A DNA stretch of 64,000 nt from the human T2T-CHM13v2.0 reference genome, Homo sapiens. Position numbers and translations under genes: made by a program. This document shows positions 1-15,580 of the stretch, in pieces. The notes beneath the pieces were generated by a model, which made no database searches, was not told the origin of the DNA, and saw nothing but the letters and a program-made list of their open reading frames with translations. The stretch is from the NCBI RefSeq assembly GCF_009914755.1, contig NC_060934.1; one strand, given 5' to 3'. Each line of letters starts with the position of its first letter. Position 1 is the stretch's first letter.

Positions 1-466
1 TGGGGCTCAGTACTATACACCCCCATACCTCGTAGCTGATATGCTGATACACAGAAAATGTTACCTTTGAATCTTCCAACTGCATTTTTCAAAGATGTTC
101 TTTACTGCTGTTAAGACATCAAAATCAAGACAGAACCATCAGACACTGGACTTTCTTACGAGAATTCCAAGGCCCTGTGTGTTTTCCACAGAAAACCTAC
201 ACTTTCAAAGCCTTTGTGGGAAGGAAACATTTTTAATCCTTTGAACAAAGACAGTTCAGTCCACACTAAAGCAGCATAACCCTTCCCCAATGCTCATAAG
301 GTTCGCCCTACAACTAAACCCCTCTACCATCAAGAAAGTCAGTGTCTCCAGCCCTCATAGCATGATCTTTTCGATCCCAAGAGCTATCAGGCTAACAGAT
401 TGGAGTTTTAGAGCTCAGACTTCACATGTGAAAATTCACATGTCCACTGTATTTCTTCAGAGACTT

Positions 467-585
467 TGGGTTCGAAGGATTTGTCAAAATTACTTTCCCT
501 TCTTCCTTTACACCTTGCATGGCTATGGGTTCAAAGGATTTGTCAAAATTACTTTCCCTTCTTCCTTTACCTTGCATGGCTATGG
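467..585. repeat. Tandem duplication, 59-bp unit x2
   Basis: TGGGTTCRAAGGATTTGTCAAAATTACTTTCCCTTCTTCCTTTAC(AC)CTTGCATGGCTA starts at 467 and again at 526. The copies differ by one substitution and a 2-bp indel. Confidence 0.95.
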
Positions 586-1522
586 ACTCTGTGGCTTATT
601 GGAGACCACCAAATGGCTGCAGCCCCCAAGCACCTCAGGAAGGTTCGGCAGATACACATCAGAAGTGAAAAATAGAAGGAATATAAGAATCTAGCTCTTA
701 TCACCAAAGTGACCAACTTTCCCACATGATATTTAGCCTCTGAGATCAACCAAACTCTTCTATGTGTTGACCACTCAGCATAGATAACCAGTTACAAAGT
801 GGTAGAGGTGGGGTCTGTCTGCCAAAGCCCATTTATGCCCTTCGTTGCCTCAAAAAAGAGTAAGTCTGTAGTTGGCTCTAGTAAGATATGACTTGAGATT
901 TCTCACCCAGGAAGCCTGCACTCAGAGACTCACTGCTATTGGTCAGGCACTGATGAGAAAAATCACATCCATTAAAATATAATATTCCTTTTTCCAGAAC
1001 TTAAAGCACAAAGAGGTATGTATAGTGAGAGAAGGATCACTAAAGACGAAAATAAACAGTACAACAGGGACACCAAGAGCTAACATTTCCAGCAAAAAGA
1101 AGGCCAGCCAACGGCTTCATTGGCCATTCCAAACTGTATTTCAGACATGTCCCAGACAAGGAATAACTATCAAATTATTTTCAAAGCCCAATCAAAGCAA
1201 TGAGGTCAAAGTACTACCCTCACTGAAATATTAACATCACATCACTTCTTTACAGGGGTATTTTTGTTTGAAAACACATCAGGGAAAAAGATTATTTTGT
1301 TTTACATCTTGGCAATCTGAACATCCTTAACAGGAGCTCGTTATTTCCTAGAAGGCACCAGGTAACAGAAATGTCCTACAGATCCTTTCCTGTATGGAAT
1401 GCCAGAGGCACTCAGTGACTGACCTGTGGTGAGTCTACATAGTAAATCACACTACAGAAGCCATTTTGCTCTCTATGCACTTTCTCAAGATGCTCAATTT
1501 TGTAGCTATGCATTAAAAATAG

Positions 1523-2417
1523 GGGAGGAGCCAAGATGGCCGAATAGGAACAGCTCCTGTCTACAGCTCCCAGCGTGAGCGACGCAGAAGACGGGAGATT
1601 TCTCCATTTCCATCTGAGGTACCGGGTTCATCTCACTAGGGAGTGCCAGAGGGTCAGTGGGTGTGCGCACTGTGCACGAGCGTAAGCAGGGCAAGGCATT
1701 GCCTCACTTGGGAAGTGCAAAGGGTCAGGGAGTTCCCTTTCTGAGTCAAAGAAAGGGGTGACTGACGGCACCTGGAAAATCAGGTCACTCCCACCCGAAT
1801 ACTGCCCTTTTCCGACAGGCTTAAAAAACGGCGCACCACGAGATTATATCCCGCACCTGGCTCGGAGGGTCCTACGCCCACGGAGTCTCGCTGATTGCTA
1901 GCACAGCAGTCTGAGATCAAACTGCAAGGTGGCAGCGAGGCTGGGGGAGGGACGCCCGCCATTGCCCAGGCTTGCTTAGGTAAACAAAGCAGCCAGGAAG
2001 CTGGAACTGGGTGGAGCCCACCACAGCTCTAGGAGGCCTGCCTGCCTCTGTAGGCTTCACCTCTGGGGGCAGGGCACAGACAAACAAAAAGACAGCAGTA
2101 ACCTCTGCAGACTTAAATGTCCCTGTCTGACAGCTTTGAAGAGAGCAGTGGTTCTCCCAGCACGCAGCTGGAGATCTGAGAATGGGCAGACTGCCTCCTC
2201 AAGTGGGTCCCTGACCCCTGACCCCTGAGCAGCCTAACTGGGAGGCACCCCCCAGCAGGGGCACACTGACACCTCACACGGCAGGGTACTCCAACAGACC
2301 TGCAGCTGAGGGTCCTGTCTGTTAGAAGGAAAACTAACAAACAGAAAGGACATCCACACCAAAAACCCATCTGTACATCACCATCATCAAAGACCAAAAG
2401 TAAATAAAACCACAAAG
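1523..2417 (+). promoter_or_regulatory. L1 5'UTR internal sense promoter and antisense promoter region, YY1 site intact
   Basis: CAAGATGGCC YY1 motif at ~1532-1541 and a CpG-rich 5' half. Promoter function is inferred from established L1 biology, not shown for this copy. Confidence 0.75.
1780..1962 (-). pseudogene. ORF0: L1 antisense ORF0, truncated to 60 aa
   Basis: MAGVPPPASLPPCSLISDCCASNQRDSVGVGPSEPG... matches primate L1 ORF0 (71 aa). It ends early at a TGA where the consensus has Arg (CGA). Confidence 0.9.
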
Positions 2418-3434
2418 GTGGGGAAAAAACAGAACAGAAAAACTGGAAACTCTAAAAAGCAGAGCGCCTCTCCTCCTCCAAAGTAACGCGGTTCCTCACC
2501 AGCAACAGAAAAAAGCTGGATGGAGAATGACTTTGATGAGCTGAGAGAAGAAGGCTTCAGACGATCAAATTACTCTGAGCTACGGGAGGACATTCAAACC
2601 AAAGGCAAAGAAGTTGAAAACTTTGAAAAAAATTTAGAAGAATGTATAACTAGAATAACCAATACAGAGAAGTGCTTAAAGGAGCTGATGGAGCTGAAAA
2701 CCAAGGCTCGAGAACTACATGAAGAATGCAGAAGCCTCAGGAGCTGATGTGATCAACTGGAAGAAAGGGTATCAGTGATGGAAGATGAAATGAATGAAAT
2801 GAAGTGAGAAGGGAAGTTTAGAGAAAAAAGAATAAAAAGAAAAGAGCAAAGCCTCCAAGAAATATGGGACTATGTGAAAAGACCAAATCTACGTCTGATT
2901 GGTGTACCTGAAAGTGATGGGGAGAATGGAACCAAGTTGGAAAACACTCTGCAGGACATTATCCAGGAGAACTTCCCCAATCTAGCAAGGCAGGCCAACG
3001 TTCAGATTCAGGAAATACAGAGAACGCAACAAAGATACTCCTCGAGAAGAGCAACTCCAAGACACATAATTGTCAGATTCACCAAAGTTGAAATGAAGGA
3101 AAAAATGTTAAGGGCAGCCAGAGAGAAAGGTTGGGTTACCCTCAAAAGGAAGCCCATCAGACTAACAGCGGATCTCTCGGCAGAAACCCTACAAGCCAGA
3201 AGAGAGTGGGGGCCAATATTCAACATTCTTAAAGAAAAGAATTTTCAACCCAGAATTTCATATCCAGCCAAACTAAGTTTCATAAGTGAAGGAGAAATAA
3301 AATACTTTACAGACAAGCAAATGCTGAGAGATTTTGTCACCACCAGGCCTGCCTTACAAGAGCTACTGAAGGAAGCACTAAACATGGAAAGGAACAACCG
3401 GTACCAGCTGCTGCAAAATCATGCCAAAATGTAA
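2418..3434 (+). pseudogene. L1 ORF1p, disrupted
   Basis: 1017-nt frame of canonical length. Start is GTG (2418-2420) instead of ATG, with in-frame stops at 2484, 2745 and 2805. Track fragments 2520..2747 and 2874..3434 match the ORF1p coiled-coil, RRM and CTD. Confidence 0.95.
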
Positions 3435-3497
3435 AGACCATAGAGACTAGGAAGAAACTGCATCAACTAACGAGCAAAATCACCAGCTAACATCATC

Positions 3498-7317
<3,820 letters not shown>

Positions 7318-7879
7318 ACAATGGGATCACATGGACACAGGAAGGGGAATATCACACTCTGGGGACTGTTGTGGGGTGGGGGGAGGGGGGAGGGATAACA
7401 TCGGGAGATATACCTAATGCTAGAGGACGAGTTAGTGGGTGCAGCACACCAGCATGGCACATGTATACATATGTAACTAACCTGCACAATGTGCACATGT
7501 ACCCTAAAACTTAAAGTATAATAAAAAAATAAAAATAGAAAATAAAAATAGCTAGGAGGAGAATCTAAGCTTCTGCATCAAAAATGTCGAGGATTATAAT
7601 CTGCCATAGCTATCTCATGGGACATTGAGCAGCATGGTGTTCTTCGTAATGTACTTAATTGCTCCTCAGCTCTCCAGTACCAGCTCATTTCACCTTCACA
7701 AACCTTTTAATAATGATACACCTGTGAGTTAAATTTTGTAATATACCCTGAGTTTATATTTAATGACCATCTTATGGATCAAACCTAACTTCTAATTGTA
7801 GATTTTTCATGGAGGCTCTGTTTCACAATTATGCTGTCTTCCTTCATCACTTCAAATCATAGACACTGTTAGAACACAA

Positions 7880-8170
7880 TTTATTTTTTTTTAATTTTAT
7901 GAGACACAGTCTCAATGTGTCGCCTAGGCTGGAGTATAGTGATGTGATTATAGCTCACTGCAGTCTTGAACTCCTGCCTCAGCCTCTTGAATAGCTGGGA
8001 CTACAGGCACGTGCCAGTTTGCTTGCCTGGAAATTTTATTTTTAATTTTTAGTAGAGAGAAGGTCCCACCATGTTGCCCAGGCTGGTCTCAAACTCCTGG
8101 GCTCAAGTGTTCCTCCTGGCTTGGCCTCCCAAAGCCCTGAGATTATAGGCGTGAGCCATGGCACCTGGCC
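7880..8170 (-). mobile_element. Alu, AluJ-type, small internal deletion
   Basis: T-rich tail, ATAGCTCACTGCAG and CTCCTGGGCTCAAG J-type motifs, ends GCACCTGGCC. Confidence 0.85.
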
Positions 8171-8539
8171 CTGAAGCACCATTTAAAGGTCCTCATCAGC
8201 ATCAGAAAGACTCCTTCCCTTTTCCTGATTCCCATAGTCCTTTCTTTCCCCGTGTTCTGTGTCATTTATAGTCTGCCCCATTTTAGAGTTACTTCTTTTT
8301 ATCTCAGTTCCAATACCAAACTGTACACCTCTTAAAAACATTTTTGTGTTCCTCTGTGTTTTGGCTTTCCCTGTGTCTAGACCAGAATCTTACATATTAA
8401 ATTAGTTCAATCCAGTTTTGCTAAGAATATGATTTTTAAAATATCAATAATTTAGTAACAAACATAATACGGGTAAGAAAATAGCACCTAAAGCATCCCA
8501 AATTAGAGAAAAAGAATATGATATGGATATTACAAATGC

Positions 8540-8742
8540 AAACTTTTGAATCAGACAGGTTTGCAACTAATTTATGGAAACTTGGTGAATAAATTCAAAT
8601 AATATAAGTCTTAGTTTCTTAAGACCTGTAATATGGAGTTATTTCTGGGACATGCTTTATAGAGTTTTTTCAGAATTTAATGAGATTATGCCCTTTAAGC
8701 AGCTCAGTGTGGCAAATACCCAATAAATGTTACTATTATTTT
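8540..8742 (+). mobile_element. MIR SINE fragment
   Basis: Degenerate MIR core (AGTCTTAGTTTCTTAAGACCTGTAATATGG) and 3' end CAATAAATGTTACTATTATT. Confidence 0.6.
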
Positions 8743-8787
8743 TCAGCTAAATGATCTGTCTCAGTCTTTGTGTCTCTCTGCCTCTCA

Positions 8788-8826
8788 ACACATACACATG
8801 CACGCGCGTGCACACACACAGACACC
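8788..8826. repeat. (CA)n-type microsatellite with CGCGCG core
   Basis: ACACATACACATGCACGCGCGTGCACACACACAGACAC. Confidence 0.85.
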
Positions 8827-8929
8827 CACCCCAGATAGATATGTGGCCTTATCAGTAAAAGTAATGTAGTATCACAAAAGGATTCTCACTTTATCAATCA
8901 TTGACTCAAAATTTCTGCCTAGAAGTTAC

Positions 8930-9317
8930 TGTCAAATGAAAAACAAATCCAGACTTAAGAAAAGACACTTTTAAGATGACTACTGCAATAGGGAGAACAC
9001 ATCAACCTCAGAGTCCATGTATGTCTCAAAATTAAACAAAAGCAAAAGGTTTTTCTTGTATAGGGAGGTGTCTGCAGGACTAGCAGAAACTTTGTTGGGG
9101 AAGAGAATGATTTGGGGGGTCAGCAGACAACATGATCAGGGTGATTCAACAGGTGACGCTCTTCCCTGTGGTAAGCTGTTAAGGGAAGGAAAGGTCAGAG
9201 GTATATTCTGCATCTCAGTACTAGCTTAACCTTAACCGTGGGGGTGAGCCAAAGGTCCAGGGCAAGTGGAGCGAAGAGAAGCCCAGCTGAAGTTTGTTCT
9301 ACCCGAGTGAATTGTCA
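8930..9317 (-). mobile_element. Probable old ERV solo LTR, family not assigned
   Basis: TG...CA bounded ~390-bp block containing GACTACTGCAATAGGGAG, a motif I associate with antisense ERVL/ERV1 LTRs. Confidence 0.4.
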
Positions 9318-9826
9318 AGTGATGGGCAACCATAAGCACTTGGTGAGCACGTATCATTTCACTCATACTTCTTCGGCTAAACATTTACAGTTAATTGAAT
9401 AATAATGTGTTTTTCCAATTTTTATTGAAGAATTAGAAAAACAGATTGAATTATTTGTCATTATGTAGTATTCTTTCCTAAATGTTTAACTTCAATGACT
9501 GCTATATCATTATTAGAAACTAAATAAGAACGTATTTAGGATCAAGGCATTCTATAGAGACCATTAGGCTCTGCAGGCATTTTGCCATGTGAATAGATGT
9601 GAGTAGCTTTACTGCATCCACCAGGCCTTAGAGAACATCTATCTTCTTCTCCAGCTGGTGTATCAAAAGCTCTGGATTGAAAACTAGATAAATCATTCAT
9701 TCTATTTAAAAGCTACATGGGCAAATAGAGAAAAGAATATCTGACTAACAGAAGCGATTATTGTGAGGATGAAATGATATGAGGAGAATGTGCTTTACAA
9801 ATACAGAGGAGTAAATAAATGGAAGG

Positions 9827-10192
9827 TATATTCGTTCATTCTCATGCTGCTATGAGGAAATACCCAAGAGACTGGGTAATTTATAAAGAAAATAGGTTTA
9901 ATTTACTCACGGTTCCACATGGCTGGGGAGGCCTCGAGAAACTTACAATCACAGCCAAAGGCACCTCTTCACAGGGTGAAACGGGAGAAAATGAGTACCG
10001 GCAAGGCAAATGCCAGACGCTTATAAAACCATCAGATCTCGTGAGAACTCACTCATTATAATGAGAACAGCATGGGGGAAACCACCCCCATGATTCGATT
10101 ACCTCCCACCAGCTCCCTCCCACTACACGTGGGGATTATAGAGATTACAATTCAAGAGGAGATTTGGGTGGGAACACAGCCAAGCCATATCA
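9827..10192 (-). mobile_element. THE1 (THE1C/D-type) MaLR solo LTR
   Basis: GAGACTGGGTAATTTATAAAG, AAAACCATCAGATCTCGTGAGAACTCACTCA and GAGATTTGGGTGGGAACACAGCCAAGCCATATCA. Perfect 5-bp TSD GAAGG at 9822-9826 and 10193-10197. Confidence 0.93.
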
Positions 10193-10254
10193 GAAGGTAA
10201 TGTTACTTGTATATCAGATTGTGTTCATTAATGAGAGTTTGATTATAGGCCAGG

Positions 10255-10435
10255 GGAACTTTATATCCTTATTCAATCTAATCATTACCCAAAACTAATA
10301 AGGTATTTTCTCCATGCTACAGAAGTGAAAACTGAGGTTCAAAAATTAGAGTCATTTATACTTTTCTAATTGATAAATAGTAGGGCCAAGATTCACCTAC
10401 CACTCTCCAGTCCCAAAGCCCATAACCGCTAATTA
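10255..10435 (-). mobile_element. MIR SINE fragment
   Basis: ACAGAAGTGAAAACTGAGGTTC, antisense MIR core. Confidence 0.65.
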
Positions 10436-11244
10436 AGTTGTTTCCTGTCTTCTCATTCACAAATACAAGTTTCATTTTTTAAAAAGAAAGAAAGAAACAG
10501 CTTTTGAAAGAATTACTTAATTTCAAGAAAAACAGAAAATACCATACCCTTGCCTGCCTCAATCCTCACCCCAAATTATGAAAAGATGCTGCACCATGAA
10601 CTATTTATTGGAATCCTGCAAACAATGCGCCCTCTGCCTTGCTGAGATGGAGGAGCCAGGAACTATGAAAGCAGCAGATATGTTGAGTGAAAAGTTGCCA
10701 AATTTACACATCTACTTTTTTTTATTGTAGTCACATTCCCCTTAACAGTCCCTCAGCCCTCACAGTCAGGGGTGTGGGGTTTAGAAATAAATTAGTTATA
10801 ATAAGCTACCACTTCTGCCCACTGATAGAATTCTTCTCATAAACTGCAGCCTGGGGATACATGTCCCTATTGAAACTTGAAATGAGAGGCCATTCCCTCT
10901 CTGGAAAGGATGAAAGGACAGGTCTTTCTCTATTGCACGGTGAGGGAAGAGGGCATTCTTCTTAGAGGAAACAGCATGGGACTTCAAGGAGTTAAGAGAA
11001 AACCTAGAAATGTAGATGGGAAGCCCCCAGTGTTAAACTTGCTCACTGGTGACATACCAAAAGCTAGATGGATAATGATTTGGATTGTGGAAGTAAGTGG
11101 AAAGGAAATGCCAATGCCAGGTGTTTCTATGCTGCTGTTGCTCTGTTTGGAAAAAAATTCCCATTGACTGAAGGGCTGTGTGCTGGTTAAGTCTATTTGT
11201 AAACTTCAGTCTTAGAAATTTACATATTTTACAAAACATTTGCA

Positions 11245-11410
11245 GAGTGGTCATTATGTGCACAGGACTGAGCTAAAAGTTTTTATATGCATTGTCCTAT
11301 TGAATTGAATCTATACAACTACCGCATGGCAAGAAACATTTATATTCACCTTATAGATGTGAAGTCTGCAAAATAAAGTGGAGAAGTAATTTTCTCAAGT
11401 TATTATATAA
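11245..11410 (-). mobile_element. MIR SINE fragment
   Basis: CATTATGTGCACAGGACTGAGCTAA...TTATAGATGTGAAGTCTG...AAGTAATTTTCTCAAG. Confidence 0.5.
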
Positions 11411-11750
11411 TTTAAATTCAATAAATACTATACTATTTTATAAAGTCTGACTCCTCTCCATTTGAATTTTGGAAGGCGGAGCCTGTCAGCCTATCAATGC
11501 ATTCCTTTTTTCCAAAGTAAGATTTAGTGTGCATATATACTTGTGTGTGTGTTCATGTGCAGACATGCATGTGTATCTCAGAATAAAGAAGAGATGATTT
11601 CATTCCAAGGAATTAAGCTTCTGGTCAGGAAATAAAATTCCTCACAATCATATGAGTACTTCCTCACAGCAAAACTTTCATTCCCTAAGTGTATCCAGGA
11701 AGCCCTATAGCTACCAGACATCCACTTCTCCATGTAATCGGATCATAGTG

Positions 11751-11922
11751 CAGTGGTTCTCAAAATCTGGTGTCTGACCAGCTGCATCAGCAACACCTGA
11801 AAATTTTCATGCCCCAGCCCAATAGAGTCAGTCAGTTTCTGACTCTACTAAGTCAGAAACTCTGCGAGTGGGGCCCAGCCCCACAAGGGACTCTGATGCT
11901 TGCTGAAGTTTGAGAAGCACAA
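11751..11922. mobile_element. MER5A-type hAT-Charlie DNA transposon fossil
   Basis: Terminal inverted repeats CAGTGGTTCTCAAA and TTTGAGAAGCAC; internal GCATCAGCAACACCTG and TCAGAAACTCTG..GTGGGGCCCAGC. Confidence 0.85.
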
Positions 11923-12829
11923 CTATAGAGAGAAGCAATCTGAGTAAACTGATTCACCTGGAAGTGTGGATGACTGGGTTCACTCTTGTTAAGTATTGAC
12001 TTATTAAAGGAGAAACTACAAAACAAGTCTTGTAGCCTTCATTTCCAGCTAGACTGTTGCTGTTTCTATATAGAGAATCATTGGCCATCCAATAATATGA
12101 AAGTTACCAGAGCAGCCACAATGAGACTTAGCTACTTTGGCCTGGAAATAGGTACTTTTCAGCTAGCCTCAGAGAAATGATAAAAGGACTAAGTTGCTAG
12201 GCTAATTGCTGCATGATTATACACAAAAATTCACTCTGGTCCCATGATGGAAAATGGTTTTAAGGTAATTATGAATTGGTAATCTTTCATGACTTTGGTC
12301 CTGGCTTCGTTTGCATAGGCTCTGATTACAGCAAGCAGATTGTTTTCCCTCACGTTTGAAATTGAAGATATGACAGGGAAGGAAAGAGGAGACAAATTGC
12401 CAAACAAAATCAGGTTATAGAGAACTTCCAGGGAATTTTAAAGGGCACTAAACTTAAACACACCTTACAATACCTGAAGCCTAGACATAACATGTGCATC
12501 TTTGTTTCAATTGGCTTTGATATATTTTATCTCAATTTTTGCAGTTTGGCAGTGTATCGACATGGTGCATTCAAAATGTGGCTTGAAGTCAAGAATAATA
12601 AAGATTACATGCTCTGAGTACACATTTGGAAGGCAATTGATCAGGCAGCATTCTCTTCATGAAGCTCAACGTGGTGAATTAGGAAGAGCCTGATCACTTA
12701 CAACCAGAAAGGCTGTGTGGAAAGAACTGATGCCGACCCAAGCTCTGCTGTTGAAGAATTTCATGAACTTAGACAAAGCGTAGTCTCTCTATGAAGTTCA
12801 GTGAAGGTGCTATTCTGCACACTAATGTT

Positions 12830-13100
12830 GCCAGGTCTTGGCACATGCTCTTTCCTCTAAGAAGAATGCCCTCTTCCCTCACCCTCAGGGTTCCTTGGTA
12901 AACTCTCCATCAAGATTCAGCTTAAGCACCACCTCACTAGATATTCACTGGCTCCTCAGGTAGAGCTGACAGTAAAGTCTTCTAAATAAGTATGAGGAAC
13001 ATTTATTAATATGATACACATAAAAGGCATAAGACAGAGGGTTTCATTCATCACAAAATACAATAATTATTTGTCTACTAATCTGTTATCCTTATCAGAT
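12830..13100 (+). mobile_element. L2 LINE 3' fragment
   Basis: CTTGGCACATGCTCTTTCCTCT..GAATGCCCTCTTCC..TCAGCTTAAGCACCACCTC, typical of the L2 3' region. Confidence 0.55.
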
Positions 13101-13350
13101 TGCTGAACAAAATGACTACAAAAGAAGGGTTTTTAGTTGTAGGTAGTGGGAGGAATAGGAAAAAATATTTACTCCATCTCAGCAGAAGTCTTTCTAAGAA
13201 TATTTCATATGAAAGAATCTATAACTTTTGAGATAAGTATTAAGTGTGATTCCTGTCCTCAAAGAGCGTATTTGCTTGATTGGTCGTTTTAGGTTCTACT
13301 CCTTAATATCTATAAGGTAGACTAGGAACACCAGTCCTGAGACTACAGGA

Positions 13351-13870
13351 CTGCATTGTCCAATACAGTAGCCACTAGCCATATGCGACTATTTAAACTC
13401 GAATTTAAATTAACTAAAATGAAATAAAATTAAAAATAGGCCGGGCACTGTGGCTCATGCCTGTAATCCCAGTACTTTGGGAGGCCATGGCAGGCAGATC
13501 ACCTGAGGTCAGGAGTTCAAGATCAGCCTGACCAACGTGGAGAAACCCTGTCTCTACTAAAAATACAAAATTAGCCAGGCATGGTGGCACATGCCTGTAA
13601 TCCCGGCTACTCGGGAGGCTAAGGCAGGAGAATAGCTTGAATCTAGTAGGTGGAGAACCAGAGATGATGCCATTGCACTCCAGCCTGAGCAACAAGGGCA
13701 AAACTCTGTCTCAAAAAAAGATAAAAAATAAAAATAAAAATTTATTTTCTGAGTTATGCTAGCCACATTTTAATTGCTCAATAGCCATATGTGATTAGTA
13801 GCTACCATATTGGACGGTGCAGATATTCAATATTTTCAGCATCACACAAAATTCTGTTAGAAGAGCTTAT
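13351..13870 (-). mobile_element. MER3 hAT-Charlie element split by an Alu
   Basis: CTGCATTGTCCAATACAGTAGCCACTAGCCA on the left of the Alu and TAGTAGCTACCATATTGGACGGTGCAG on the right. Confidence 0.85.
13439..13740 (+). mobile_element. AluSp inside MER3
   Basis: Sp-type CTGACCAAC.TGGAGAAACC, TACAAAATTAGCC and GCAACAAG..CAAAACTC; small right-arm deletion; A-rich tail. Confidence 0.88.
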
Positions 13871-14194
13871 TTAGAACTATTAATTATCGATACAAAGAAA
13901 CTCAAACTAAAAGTAACAATGAGGAAAGACCCCTGAGAGATTGTCATGGTCAGTTCTAGTCCCCTGACCCCATGGTGACCACTGATCATTGTCTATATTC
14001 AGAACTGGAGATGAGAGACAGTCTGGCAGGGAGGACTGTAGGAAAAGCACTCATCATGAACCAGGTCAATGTGGTTGACTATAGGAGGTCCAAGTCTCTA
14101 TTATCTCAAGATACTCCATGATTTTATAGATATTTAAATTATTTTTAAAATAATGGATAACTGAAAATATTCTTGAATATTTATCAAATTTTGT

Positions 14195-14280
14195 GAACCC
14201 AGGAGTTTGAAGTTTCAGTGAGCTATGATTATACCACTGTACTCCAGCCTCCAGGATGACAGACCATGTAGAAGAAAAAA
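14195..14280 (+). mobile_element. Alu/FAM 3' fragment
   Basis: CCCAGGAGTTTGAAG..CAGTGAGCTATGATTATACCACTGTACTCCAGCCT followed by an A tail. Confidence 0.75.
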
Positions 14281-15429
14281 ATTGTCAAAAATTTGAATTC
14301 TATTCTGTTCCTCATCCCCTAAAATAGGGCCACTTATTGTCTGATAATGATGTGTGGGTGGGAAGCAAGTACACCATTAGTGCTTCTCTCTGTTTTTCGC
14401 TTCTCTGATTTCTGGGGCAATTATGCCAAAGAACAATCTCGCATAAACTTGGAGAATAAGGACATTACTTAGAAATCTGGCAATCATTCACCTTTTGAGT
14501 GTAGTTGTTTCCAAAACACAAAGTAAAGGATCACAAACGACTAGGTTTTGGTCCATAACTACATGAATTACAAATCTTATGTAAGACTCACATCAGTCCT
14601 TTTAGGTGGGTATCACTTATCCCTTTTATGGATGCTGAATCTTAGTTATAGAAAGATAATATTGTTGAACAGCGAATTTCATTGACAATAAGATTTATCC
14701 AAAACATGAAAATAAGGCAGAAGGACGGTTATGTTTTTTTCAATGCTGAAGTATTACCTAACAAGCACATTAGACTATTATTTAATTCTCTACTAAGTGT
14801 ACCTTTGTTTGATTTGCTATTTACTATTGATTAAGGCTCAGATACTGAGTTACATACTAATTTGTGGGTGTTTGTTGAGTAGAAATTCAAGAGACTTTCG
14901 GCCAGTAGAAAAGATGCCGCAAAATGTAATAGTTTTTTGCTCTGTAGGAAACTAGCCAGCTTTGTGTCTGACTTGCAAACTTATTTCAGCATGCCCTTCC
15001 TGATAGACTACGTGAATTTCTGTTCCTCAAGTTCTCTCTGAACCAGCTTTACCATCTTGCTGGTTTCCTTGTTAATGATTTAAGTCATTCCTGGCACATA
15101 CTTTCTATGTATTTTTACAACATTCTTGTTTTTAACTTCTTGAAAATTATACTGTGTCAGCGTTTACATTTGACAACACCTAGAGTTGATCCCCTATTTT
15201 TCTGACACAAACAATACCTTACTATTTCATGAAGCCTAAGATCTGTTGAGTTTATTTTCTTAAGTAAATTCATGATATGTTAAAGCAAGACTAATCAAAT
15301 AGATTTCATATGGCAGTCATTGTGGCATTGAGCCAAACCTAACTTATCCTTAAGAGAAGTCTGAGTTTATACGACATCAAAATAAATGACTGAAAACCAT
15401 GTGATCACAGAAACATGCAATTCTGCAGC

Positions 15430-15580
15430 AGACAGGGATCTTACAGATCTTCTAATGCAATCCCTTATGTTTAAGGTAAGAAAGTTATTACCTATGGAGT
15501 GAATTGCCTTGCAAGAGGCCACACGTTAAGCTGGAAGAACAGAGTTCAAAGTTATCAAATCCCAAGTTCTACTCTATTGC
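15430..15580 (-). mobile_element. MIR (MIR3/MIRc-like) fragment
   Basis: ATCTTCTAATGCAATCCCTTATGTTTAAGGTAAGAAA..GCCTTGCAAGAGGCCACAC. Confidence 0.5.

Noticed and set aside
290-694. 134-aa ORF with an internal peptide repeat
   Set aside because: The repeat is just the 59-bp tandem duplication; no recognisable protein family.
10626-10641. CTCF-like motif TGCGCCCTCTGCCTTG
   Set aside because: Matches the AGAGGGCGC half but lacks the conserved CCA positions; unsupported without ChIP data.
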